Source of the DNA: a virus | Taxonomy: Duplodnaviria; Caudoviricetes | Reading direction: 5' to 3' (one strand) | DNA length: 64,000 bases | Virus record (IMG/VR): IMGVR_UViG_3300033475_000012 | Coordinates: 16,292 to 80,291 of that record | Notes under the pieces: model-generated | The model's database searches: none | The model's input: only the letters and a program-made list of their open reading frames with translations | What the model was told of the DNA's origin: nothing | Translations under genes and position numbers: made by a program | Shown here: piece by piece, positions 48,803 to 56,839 of the stretch | How the letters are laid out: every line of letters starts with the position of its first letter | Position numbering within the stretch: position 1 is the first letter of the stretch

Positions 48803-49228
48803 TTAGAAGGGCAAGTCCTGAATAGGCTCTGTAATATCCTGAGCGCCGGGTTGGTTTGGCTTGTCCCAGTTGGCCGCACTGTAGGCGTCGTCATTTTTGT
48901 ATTGACTGACGTCATTTGGCTGACGAGTCGGGATATCAAAATCATCGTCGATGTGATTGGCATCCCGGCTTGATATCGGCTTAGGCTTATCCGACTCTTT
49001 TAAGTTCCCGATATACGGACGTCCGTCAATGTCTTTCATCTCCTTTGTCGGGTTCACCTGAATAGACATGATGTTCCCATACTTGTCAGTCTCGGCATTA
49101 AGCCACACATTGACGGCACAATAAATCTTCCCGTTGTTGCCTTTTGTAAAGGCGGAATGTTTTTTCTTTGCCAGTTCGATCAAGTCGGTAAGGCAAATAC
49201 TTCCGAAGAAAAGTTGATTTTGACTCAT
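48803..49228 (-). CDS. single-stranded DNA-binding protein (Bacteroidota phage type, 141 aa)
   Basis: OB-like N-terminus and an acidic tail ending QDLPF. Confidence 0.7.
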   Translation of the reverse strand: MSQNQLFFGSICLTDLIELAKKKHSAFTKGNNGKIYCAVNVWLNAETDKYGNIMSIQVNPTKEMKDIDGRPYIGNLKESDKPKPISSRDANHIDDDFDIPTRQPNDVSQYKNDDAYSAANWDKPNQPGAQDITEPIQDLPF

Positions 49229-49539
49229 TTTTTAATTTTTAATAACCAGTTTATATCTAATTCTGTTTTGAAAGGTTTTCCGGTTTCTTTATCCTTCAAC
49301 GTCATCATACGACCACTCTCGCACTCTTCGAAGATAAAGATTCCTGTTATGATTACAATGCGTCCATTAAGTTGTGCACTAAATCCTGGCTTCACATATA
49401 CTTCTTCGTTCAAAAGAAACGTCGTTCCGTCTCGCGATTTACCGTAGGTGACCGAGCACTTCGGACAAACATAGTATTCTCGCTTAACCAACGCCCGCAC
49501 AACATCCGGCCCCTCGTGCAGACAATTACTGCATCTCAT
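49225..49539 (-). CDS. Zn-ribbon hypothetical protein (about 104 aa)
   Basis: MRCSNC...CPKC; start trimmed from the ORF-track 49689, which overlaps the upstream gene. Confidence 0.55.
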   Translation of the reverse strand: MRCSNCLHEGPDVVRALVKREYYVCPKCSVTYGKSRDGTTFLLNEEVYVKPGFSAQLNGRIVIITGIFIFEECESGRMMTLKDKETGKPFKTELDINWLLKIKK

Positions 49540-49873
49540 TGTTCTTGTGTTTCGCGGCCTTAAATAAAACTTTATCCATCTGGCGATTGATATTAGACAA
49601 CATCCAATTTTCAGACAACCACCAATCAGAAAAAGCCCACTTAAGAAACGTGTTAAACGTTTGCAAGGCCGTTTCTTGTGTCCATTCAACTCCTGCTTCC
49701 TCTGTTCGCTTTCTTAGCGCCTGCACAATAGCCTTCAAATCTCTGGGCGCACTTCCATTGAAAGAAGGCGTTATCGAAAATTTAGACTTCGTAAATTCGA
49801 AATAGGCCGTAATAAATTCTTGCCAGTATAATTCGACAGGTTTTTTCTCTTTTTTAATTCGTGGCATGTGCAT
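49526..49873 (-). CDS. hypothetical helical protein (115 aa)
   Basis: Operon packing; resembles replication-region C-terminal helical domains. Confidence 0.55.
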   Translation of the reverse strand: MHMPRIKKEKKPVELYWQEFITAYFEFTKSKFSITPSFNGSAPRDLKAIVQALRKRTEEAGVEWTQETALQTFNTFLKWAFSDWWLSENWMLSNINRQMDKVLFKAAKHKNNEMQ

Positions 49874-49875
49874 GT

Positions 49876-50352
49876 CTAATTTTTATCCTCAAATTCAAAT
49901 CGTTTCATTTTGGCTCTCATCATGCAAGTCCGATCATATTCATTCCAGTCATCCATGAAATAAGGCATTGACCATTCTTTTTGTTTGATATACGACGACA
50001 ATGTACACTCGGCACATTCGTCTCCATTATTCCAACATCGATACAAAACTTCAGACGGCAACCCATTTGCCAACATAACAAAACCATTCTCGCCTATACC
50101 TTTTGAGAGAAGCCGTATTTTATTCATTTCACTTTCGGTTACGTTTTCTGGCTTCACTTCAATCCATGTATTAAGAGATGGTATAAAAAAGTCTGGCAAA
50201 TATGGAATACCACCCTCTAAAACAAACCCTTCTTTTTCATACTCATACAAAAACCCCAATTCAGATAAGAAAAATGCCCAACGAGCTTCTAATCGAGACC
50301 TAAAAAAATATCCTTCGAATTTTGTGTTGATAGCCCTTAACATAAACAACAT
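49876..50352 (-). CDS. PD-(D/E)xK nuclease-like phage protein (158 aa)
   Basis: FRSRLEARWA...YEYE...YLPDF...WIEVK. Confidence 0.75.
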   Translation of the reverse strand: MLFMLRAINTKFEGYFFRSRLEARWAFFLSELGFLYEYEKEGFVLEGGIPYLPDFFIPSLNTWIEVKPENVTESEMNKIRLLSKGIGENGFVMLANGLPSEVLYRCWNNGDECAECTLSSYIKQKEWSMPYFMDDWNEYDRTCMMRAKMKRFEFEDKN

Positions 50353-50355
50353 TTT

Positions 50356-52251
50356 TTAAAATGGATCATCGGTTACATCATCACCATCTTTGTATGGAAA
50401 CCACAAGTCAGGATTGTCATTCATTCTCTTTTCCATACCGGCAGCTAAAGTTGGATCGCACGGCATTTCACCAGACAACGGATCGGCATACCTTTTTTTT
50501 GCCCAATTCAAAACTAGTGGGAAGTCCCCCAACCTGCCCCCAGTCCTTTTCCGCTTTAACTTCTGAATATAAACCTGGACATGAGGATCGTTTTTGTCAA
50601 CATGAAAATTTGGTCGATAGTAGGAAACAATATTATCCATCTTGTTACCCCATGCGGCCCCCCCAGCAATGTCGTACATATCAACTACCGGTAGGGACTT
50701 ATCTTGGTTATAAGAAGGATTTTTAGGATGAGCGATGATGTTATAGCAAACATTGTTCAGTAAGGCAAATCGCTTCAAGTCTTTAAACACATCTGACAAG
50801 TATTGGTCTTCCCGTTGATATGCTTTTTGATTATGGTCAAGCTGGTTAAATGGGTCTATCATAACACCATCTAATCCTTTTTTGAGAACCAGATGACGAA
50901 ATCTCTCGTTGATTGAATTGACGTCATGGTCATTATCTGGATAAACGTAAAATATGTGCCGGGATATAAAATCACAACCTTCTGTGTATTCAGCCTCAGT
51001 CATATCCCTGAGCCACTTACCGACGTACATTTCAACCAAGTCGTCGTAAAAATCATTGGCAGGATAATTTTCAGGACTAAATATAGCCCATCGCCACCCA
51101 TCCCATATACTCTTTGTAAGCATCAACTGAAGAGCAAAAAAAGTCTTTCCGTGATTCCCATATCCCACAAACAAATTTAACTCACCTTTCTTCCATCTAA
51201 AGAAATCGTCCATATCCCTAAATCGAGTCGTAGGAGCCAACTGAACACCGTTTCGAAAGTTTTCCAGCATAGACGGGAAAATGTCTTCGAGATAGTATAT
51301 TCCATCGACAGGGATGGACTGTGCGTTTTTAACGACATTGATAACTGCTTCTGCCCCTAAATACATCAACACTTCGTTAAAATCTTTGCACCTACGTTTT
51401 AATCCGTTTTCAAGTGGGACAACTTCTTCCATAGGATAGTTGACGGTATAGCAACGTTCAACTCCCAAACGACGGATCAGTTCGTCTCGCAATGCTAAAC
51501 CCGCCGAGTCTGCATCTGTAGCAACCACAATCTCGTGAAATCCCATAAACCAATCTGAGCAATTATCTAAATATTCCAACTGCTGATTACCCTTACTCGC
51601 TCCGTTAGGAACTGAAAGCACCACCCATTTCGATAATTCTTCAGGAATAGCCTCGCCTATACCAAAATCAACTTCCTTCCCGAAACCAACTTCATACACA
51701 CTTAAACAATCAATCTCTCCTTCGACTATGATGCAATGTTTTTTTTCCCCAACAGTTTGAAGGTTGTAAAAAATCAATTCAGCACCTTTCGTCATCTTAA
51801 ACCCTTTCCTGGCATCCCGATACTTTATGTTTACCAAGTCCCCATCTCTGAAATAAGGGAAACAAATACAAGTTCCTTTCTTTTGCGTTTGCGGCATCCA
51901 CTCCTCTCGACCAAATATCATAAATTTATCCAGAGTCGATTTTGATATTCCTCTCTTTTTAAAGTAAGCAACTATTTTTTCGTTTAACTCAATAGACCTC
52001 AAAATATCTGCCGGAGGCCGTTCGTATTTCTTTTCCTCACGCTTTCGATCCAACGTACGCACATTGCCTTTCCATCCACAATTGTGGCAATTAAATTCAC
52101 CGGTAGTGATATTCACCGACAAAGGTTTGTCTGTCTTATTTTTTCGACCATCAGAACACTGAGGGCATTTCGTTTTTTCGCTGCCGCCGCGTCGAGTAAG
52201 TTTTATACCGAGATCAGAAAGTTTGTCGTAGTACATAATTTTAGCTTTCAA
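50356..52251 (-). CDS. bifunctional primase-helicase (Zn finger + TOPRIM + DnaB/T7 gp4-like helicase, 631 aa)
   Basis: CPQC...CHNC Zn finger; EGEIDCLS and ATDAD TOPRIM motifs; Walker A GYGNHGKT; IDPFN, IAHP. Confidence 0.92.
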   Translation of the reverse strand: MKAKIMYYDKLSDLGIKLTRRGGSEKTKCPQCSDGRKNKTDKPLSVNITTGEFNCHNCGWKGNVRTLDRKREEKKYERPPADILRSIELNEKIVAYFKKRGISKSTLDKFMIFGREEWMPQTQKKGTCICFPYFRDGDLVNIKYRDARKGFKMTKGAELIFYNLQTVGEKKHCIIVEGEIDCLSVYEVGFGKEVDFGIGEAIPEELSKWVVLSVPNGASKGNQQLEYLDNCSDWFMGFHEIVVATDADSAGLALRDELIRRLGVERCYTVNYPMEEVVPLENGLKRRCKDFNEVLMYLGAEAVINVVKNAQSIPVDGIYYLEDIFPSMLENFRNGVQLAPTTRFRDMDDFFRWKKGELNLFVGYGNHGKTFFALQLMLTKSIWDGWRWAIFSPENYPANDFYDDLVEMYVGKWLRDMTEAEYTEGCDFISRHIFYVYPDNDHDVNSINERFRHLVLKKGLDGVMIDPFNQLDHNQKAYQREDQYLSDVFKDLKRFALLNNVCYNIIAHPKNPSYNQDKSLPVVDMYDIAGGAAWGNKMDNIVSYYRPNFHVDKNDPHVQVYIQKLKRKRTGGRLGDFPLVLNWAKKRYADPLSGEMPCDPTLAAGMEKRMNDNPDLWFPYKDGDDVTDDPF

Positions 52252-52801
52252 GACCCTTCACAACTTGCGAAGGCTTCAGTTCACCTATTTTTTTTAGGTC
52301 CAATTGCGCCGCACCCAGTTTTTGGGTTGATCCGTCTTTAAAAAAAACAGATAACCCATCTTCAGAAAACCCAACCCCCCTTCTTTCTTTTCTCTTCTCT
52401 TCTTCTCTCTTCTTATCTGCCATAGGGTCGGCTAAAGCCCCCCTATGGCCACCCCATTTCTTTTCCGCCCCCAATTTACCATAATCTGAGAGGGTTTTCC
52501 TGTCTTCCTTATGACGTAACATCCTGTTACTGTATATCTTACCGTCTTCTTGATGGAACAACCCCAACTCAATCGCATTATTTATGATTTCAGATAGCCT
52601 CCCTTTAGCCACCCCATAGCCTAGCGATAGCCCCCCTATGTTTTTTAACTGAATGTAACCCAGATCATCTTCGGCCATAGTTTCTACGATCATCCAAAAT
52701 ACACCATATCCTTCGGCTCCAAAGTTTGCCCTTAGTTCCAAAATTTTCTCATCATTCCTGGCATTATTGTCGTGTTTAAACCAGAAGGAATCCTTCGCCA
52801 T
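52241..52801 (-). CDS. phage replication initiator (DUF4373/Lin1244-like N-terminus, 186 aa)
   Basis: WFKHD.NAR.DEK...GYGVFW.IVE; a KKREEEKRKERR linker; contains iterons. Confidence 0.75.
   Translation of the reverse strand: MAKDSFWFKHDNNARNDEKILELRANFGAEGYGVFWMIVETMAEDDLGYIQLKNIGGLSLGYGVAKGRLSEIINNAIELGLFHQEDGKIYSNRMLRHKEDRKTLSDYGKLGAEKKWGGHRGALADPMADKKREEEKRKERRGVGFSEDGLSVFFKDGSTQKLGAAQLDLKKIGELKPSQVVKGLES
52381..52638. repeat. putative replication origin: 11-bp iterons plus a purine-asymmetric tract inside the initiator gene
   Basis: Tandem 11-bp units TAGCCTCCCTT/TAGCCACCCCA/TAGCCTAGCGA/TAGCCCCCCTA (52595-638); AAGCCCCCCTA/TGGCCACCCCA (52435-56); inverted TAGCCGACCCT (52424-34); CT-only tract 52381-414. 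Confidence 0.6.
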
Positions 52802-52847
52802 TTTAAAGGGCCATTAGAAGTTTTAGTTAAAGTCATAGGATAGGTCT

Positions 52848-52935
52848 AAAAATAACAAAGCCCGGGGTGGCAGTCCCGGGACAATTGCTTCTCCAACTTG
52901 CGCTGAATATTCGTTATCCTTTATATCGCTGCCAC
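52848..52935 (-). promoter_or_regulatory. terminator/antiterminator-like leader upstream of the replication genes
   Basis: Hairpin CCCGGG-ACTGCCAC-CCCGGG followed by CTTTGTTATTTTT; its loop is complementary to upstream GTGGCAG (52929-35). Confidence 0.5.
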
Positions 52936-53000
52936 ACAATATGAAGGCTATAATTAGGTGAAATTACCGATGTGCATAAGAAGTGAATTTTAGCATGTTC

Positions 53001-53033
53001 TGTGAAGGTACAGAAAAAATTATACCAACCAAA
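53001..53033 (-). promoter_or_regulatory. leftward Bacteroidota-type promoter (variant -7 TACCTTCA)
   Basis: TTTG-N19-TACCTTCACA on the minus strand. Confidence 0.55.
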
Positions 53034-53128
53034 AAAATCTACGAATTGGGGTGGATAAGTGTAGAATATACGCCACAGCTAAGCGGCCACACCAATTGGT
53101 TCTCCGGCCTTTGTATTTATAAGGGTTG

Positions 53129-53497
53129 TTAAAGAGCCCGGAGAACGTTTTCTATTTTAATCAGCGAGACACCACGCGATATGGCGTTATCCAGCTCTTC
53201 CATCATACTTTGGCAAGCGATGTTGTTTGCCTGCCATTTTATGTCGCCGATAGCGCCAAGTCTTGTGTCAATGATTCCATGAAGCTCCTCTTCCTGAAGG
53301 TTTGTAATCTCAGTGTCTTTTTCATCAATCGCCGCCTCTTTGGAAGTCACTTCGTCTTCCAATTTCTCAATCTCCTTTTCTTTTTCATCCTTGTAGGCGT
53401 CCAAAAATTCCAATCCTTCGTCGTTGCCTTTCAATATTTCTTGAAGGTACTCGTAATTTGTTTTTACTTTTTTATTATTGGTAAAATCTACTGGCAT
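53129..53497 (-). CDS. acidic coiled-coil hypothetical protein (122 aa)
   Basis: Heptad E/K-rich stretch; operon packing. Confidence 0.65.
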   Translation of the reverse strand: MPVDFTNNKKVKTNYEYLQEILKGNDEGLEFLDAYKDEKEKEIEKLEDEVTSKEAAIDEKDTEITNLQEEELHGIIDTRLGAIGDIKWQANNIACQSMMEELDNAISRGVSLIKIENVLRAL

Positions 53498-53498
53498 A

Positions 53499-54500
53499 TT
53501 ATTTTTCTTTAGACATTTGCATGATAAAAGTAGAGGCCGTTGAATCTTTGGACTTGACGTAATAGAACGACTTTCCTTTGTATAAATCTATGTCTTCGCA
53601 GTCAAGGGCGGAAAGGATTTTATTCATGGCGATGGGACTGAAACCAAACTCATCAGATACATTGATCTGTTCCGCTGGTCTCGTTAGGGTTTCTTCCGAA
53701 TACATATCCCAAGCATCCAAACAGCCTTTTTTAAAGGAACAGTATGGAAACTTGGAGTATTTCATGAAGAGCTTGTTGAAAGACTCAAGATCCGATGCTG
53801 CGTAGGAGAAAGCGAATTCGGTGTCGAAATCAAAAACGTATCGGATGTCAACATAGGGCACTGAGGTTTTGGAGAACCCCACTACAACGCCGTCCATGTG
53901 AAAAAAAACGTTTGTATCTGATTGCGAAAATCCCGTCCATTTGTGGTTTGAAATTGATCTGGCAATGTCGCCTCTTAAAGCCAAGGTAATGTTCTGTGAT
54001 ATAGGGATGCGTAATCCGCAAATGCCGTCTCCGGAGCATATTGCATTATTGCCTATAAGGGTGTAAGCGTACATTGGCTTTGCCGCCTTTTCTTCGTCCG
54101 GCGAACAAAGGGGCCATGCCCTTTTGAGAGATTTAATAAATTCGGCATCTAATACGTCGGTTTGGGGAATAATTTTTGGGATTGCAAGGAAGTTTTTGGT
54201 CTCAATGGTTGGCACCTTGACAACTTCTTTACCATCCATTAACTTGAGTCCTTTCCCTTCTTTTTTGATGGTGATAAACTCGGCAGAACTTGTTGTCGCC
54301 AATGGGTATATATATTCTTCACTGATCAATAATTCTTCATTAGAGTCCGAGCAATCGTATTGAATCATGCACTCATAAGCATTTTTCAATATTTTCCCAC
54401 CGCCAAATCGAATATATGAATCGACCATAAGATTTTTTTGACGACGAATATCAGCGGCCAAATCTTTAAACCGCAAAATGTCTGATTTTTTGATTATCAT
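53499..54500 (-). CDS. putative DNA polymerase III beta-clamp-like protein (333 aa)
   Basis: Length and alternating alpha/beta pattern consistent with three clamp domains (e.g. ICSGDGICG at the position of the clamp ATDG-HRL motif); replication-module context. Confidence 0.5.
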   Translation of the reverse strand: MIIKKSDILRFKDLAADIRRQKNLMVDSYIRFGGGKILKNAYECMIQYDCSDSNEELLISEEYIYPLATTSSAEFITIKKEGKGLKLMDGKEVVKVPTIETKNFLAIPKIIPQTDVLDAEFIKSLKRAWPLCSPDEEKAAKPMYAYTLIGNNAICSGDGICGLRIPISQNITLALRGDIARSISNHKWTGFSQSDTNVFFHMDGVVVGFSKTSVPYVDIRYVFDFDTEFAFSYAASDLESFNKLFMKYSKFPYCSFKKGCLDAWDMYSEETLTRPAEQINVSDEFGFSPIAMNKILSALDCEDIDLYKGKSFYYVKSKDSTASTFIMQMSKEK

Positions 54501-54501
54501 T

Positions 54502-54813
54502 TTAGAAAAGTGTTTCAGATGGTTGAACAGACCTTTTGGTTGGCTCGTATTCTTTTACGTATTCCTTCATCCTGTTGATGCCGTCCACGTTTCCTTCAGT
54601 TTGGTTTAGCCTATAGCGAAAGTACCACCCTGGTAACCCATCTTCAAGCGTGAAGTTCACACGATCCTTTGACACTTCAACAGAGAATTTTTTTTCTATC
54701 TGCCTGCTTATTTCCCGCGGAAGATTTGTTATGCCAAATCTTTTGAAGCCGTCCATTATAGTTAGGACGTCTCCATTTATAAGGGCTTTGGCGACCCTTG
54801 CCGTCTTATTCAT
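54502..54813 (-). CDS. small HTH-like protein (103 aa)
   Basis: ALINGDVLTIMDGFKRFGITNLPREISR resembles small phage HTH families. Confidence 0.55.
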   Translation of the reverse strand: MNKTARVAKALINGDVLTIMDGFKRFGITNLPREISRQIEKKFSVEVSKDRVNFTLEDGLPGWYFRYRLNQTEGNVDGINRMKEYVKEYEPTKRSVQPSETLF

Positions 54814-54975
54814 TTATGTAGTTTGTAGTTTAAGTTCTTTCTCTGCGGCCAATTTCAGCCATATTCTTGCAGAATCTTCCGACCCAAACGACACCTTTTC
54901 ATCTTGCTCATAGTATCTATCGGATATGTTTCTTAACATTGATACAGAAGTTTTAAAGGACTTTGTAGCTGCCAT
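54814..54975 (-). CDS. small hypothetical protein, first gene of the leftward unit (53 aa; ORF track starts at 55032)
   Basis: MAATKSFKTSV...; abuts the next gene. Confidence 0.45.
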   Translation of the reverse strand: MAATKSFKTSVSMLRNISDRYYEQDEKVSFGSEDSARIWLKLAAEKELKLQTT

Positions 54976-55061
54976 TAACTTGCTAAATAATTGTAAAAAA
55001 GTGGAGTCAAGGAATTCTTCGGTAATACACATATTATTTGAGGATTTTGGTCTGTGTTTGA

Positions 55062-55141
55062 TGTGAAGGTATGCACAAAAAAAATATCGTCCAAATAATT
55101 TTGGAGAATTTTGGAATAAATTGGAAAAATGCTTAAAATTG
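55062..55141. promoter_or_regulatory. back-to-back divergent promoters with 10-bp-spaced TTGGA operator-like repeats
   Basis: Leftward TTTG(55095-92)-N20-TACCTTCACA; rightward TTTG(55110-13)-N20-TAAAATTG(55134-41); AATTTTGGA twice plus AAATTGGA at about 10-bp period; palindrome TCCAAA-TAAT-TTTGGA 55090-105. Confidence 0.55.
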
Positions 55142-55145
55142 TGGC

Positions 55146-55310
55146 ATGAAAATTCAAAAAGACAAGCAAATGCCTGCTAGTGGATCGGTAAAAATGGAGC
55201 CGGAAGTGCTACAAAAAGCCAGGGAGATTTGCAAAAAGAAGGGGCTTCTATTGTCGGCGTATATTACTTCGGCCGTTTACAAGGAAAACAAGAGACAATC
55301 TAAATTTTAA
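55146..55310 (+). CDS. ribbon-helix-helix (Arc/MetJ-like) regulator, 54 aa (not in the ORF track)
   Basis: Manual translation MKIQKDKQMPASGSVKMEPEVLQKAREICKKKGLLLSAYITSAVYKENKRQSKF. Confidence 0.65.
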   Translation: MKIQKDKQMPASGSVKMEPEVLQKAREICKKKGLLLSAYITSAVYKENKRQSKF

Positions 55311-55315
55311 TAAAA

Positions 55316-55801
55316 ATGTTAATCGAAATCTATCAGGGCGTAAGCATTAAATTCGACGCCAACAAGGACGAATTCTACACTGATATACAAATCAGCCCAA
55401 AAGGGAAAGCCAAGAAAGAATACATACGGGCCGGGCGTCTTGGTAAAGTACATTCCGAAATTGACAAATATCTCTCAGTGGCTAAACAAAAACCTTTAAT
55501 GCCCCAAGCGTGGATATTGTGCAGAAACTCGGAAGGAAAATACGAGTTGGTAGATGTTATTTCTTATAATTCCCTGTCTAACCAAATCACCTTCAAGAGG
55601 AAGGATTCCCAAGAACCAGAAACCAAAGGAATGAACGGTGGCTACAAGGATGACATGTTTTTCCTTTCTTGCAAAGAAAACGATGCTATCGTAACAAATC
55701 TCAACAAAAAGGCCAAAGAAATCCAGAAAATAAAGAATGAGGTTTCTTGCTCTGGTGGAAAGCTCATTCAATTGAAGCCAGAACACTTCCATGCCATATA
55801 A
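55316..55801 (+). CDS. hypothetical protein (161 aa)
   Basis: Operon packing. Confidence 0.6.
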   Translation: MLIEIYQGVSIKFDANKDEFYTDIQISPKGKAKKEYIRAGRLGKVHSEIDKYLSVAKQKPLMPQAWILCRNSEGKYELVDVISYNSLSNQITFKRKDSQEPETKGMNGGYKDDMFFLSCKENDAIVTNLNKKAKEIQKIKNEVSCSGGKLIQLKPEHFHAI

Positions 55802-56330
55802 CTCCACTATAATACCAAAGCAAAAAATTTGCATTTCCTGTGGGAAGCCTTGTTTTTGGTTCAGCCGGAAACGATGCAAGGCGTGTGCTACCATTGAAGA
55901 TACTCACGCAAAAATGGCTTCAATTGAACAAGTCGACGACGGGCTTCCGGAACTTATCGACCGGCTGGATGGTTTGGTGAGTAAATATGTGCGATGGAGC
56001 GCGACGCACAATGAAAACATGGAAATAGAATGCTATACTTGTGGGGATTGGCGGCCAAGAATGGTTATGGATGCTGGCCACTATATTACAAGGAATTGCA
56101 TGTTTTTGAGGTTTGATGTTTCGCGCAATATTCGGCCACAATGCCATGTTTGTAATCGTTCTAAATACGGAATGGCCGCCGAGTTCGGTAAAAAACTGGA
56201 AATAGAACGGTCCGGCATCACGGAGATACTGCTTGAAGAGTCGCGTATTATCCATAAATGGAGTCGGGATGAACTTTTGCAAATGATAGCGGAATATTCT
56301 TTAAAAGTGAAGGCTCTAAATATAAGATAA
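55791..56330 (+). CDS. NinG/Rap-like recombination endonuclease (179 aa)
   Basis: LDGLVSKYVR...CYTCG...DAGHYI...RFD..NIRPQCHVCN. Confidence 0.85.
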   Translation: MPYNSTIIPKQKICISCGKPCFWFSRKRCKACATIEDTHAKMASIEQVDDGLPELIDRLDGLVSKYVRWSATHNENMEIECYTCGDWRPRMVMDAGHYITRNCMFLRFDVSRNIRPQCHVCNRSKYGMAAEFGKKLEIERSGITEILLEESRIIHKWSRDELLQMIAEYSLKVKALNIR

Positions 56331-56569
56331 TGCCTATCTACGTAATACAATGCTGGCAGACGAAATATCCGGATTATCCATTGTCTGGAGCGGAAACCGT
56401 TGAAGCGTCAAATCGGGATGATGCAAGGATTATGGCTCGTAAGAAATGGGCAGCATGGACAGGTTTTGACGAATGCGATGTGCAGGCAAGAGTCATGTGG
56501 AATGAAACCATTCAGCGGGAAGACCTTGAATATGCTTTTATTCATGGATTGCCAGAAATTATAGACTAA
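56330..56569 (+). CDS. hypothetical protein (79 aa)
   Basis: TAATG coupling on both sides. Confidence 0.6.
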   Translation: MPIYVIQCWQTKYPDYPLSGAETVEASNRDDARIMARKKWAAWTGFDECDVQARVMWNETIQREDLEYAFIHGLPEIID

Positions 56570-56835
56570 TGGAATATAAAATTGTAAAAGGCAACACAAT
56601 TGATTTTTGCGAGGCAATAGGGTTGAATCCTACACGACAAAGAGAACTTTCGGCCAAATTGGACGCTATGGTAAAATCATGGTCTCCGTCTACGGGAACA
56701 GTGTCGGTCAAGGTTGTGGATATAATGGAAGAGATCGCTTCCTATTGCAAAAACATCGAAGAATTTTCCTACTGCGTGATGCTTCATATGGGATGGCATC
56801 AACGACGCGGAATGCTTTTAACCCCCAACGCGTAA
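56569..56835 (+). CDS. hypothetical protein (88 aa)
   Basis: TAATG coupling. Confidence 0.55.
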   Translation: MEYKIVKGNTIDFCEAIGLNPTRQRELSAKLDAMVKSWSPSTGTVSVKVVDIMEEIASYCKNIEEFSYCVMLHMGWHQRRGMLLTPNA

Positions 56836-56839
56836 ATTT

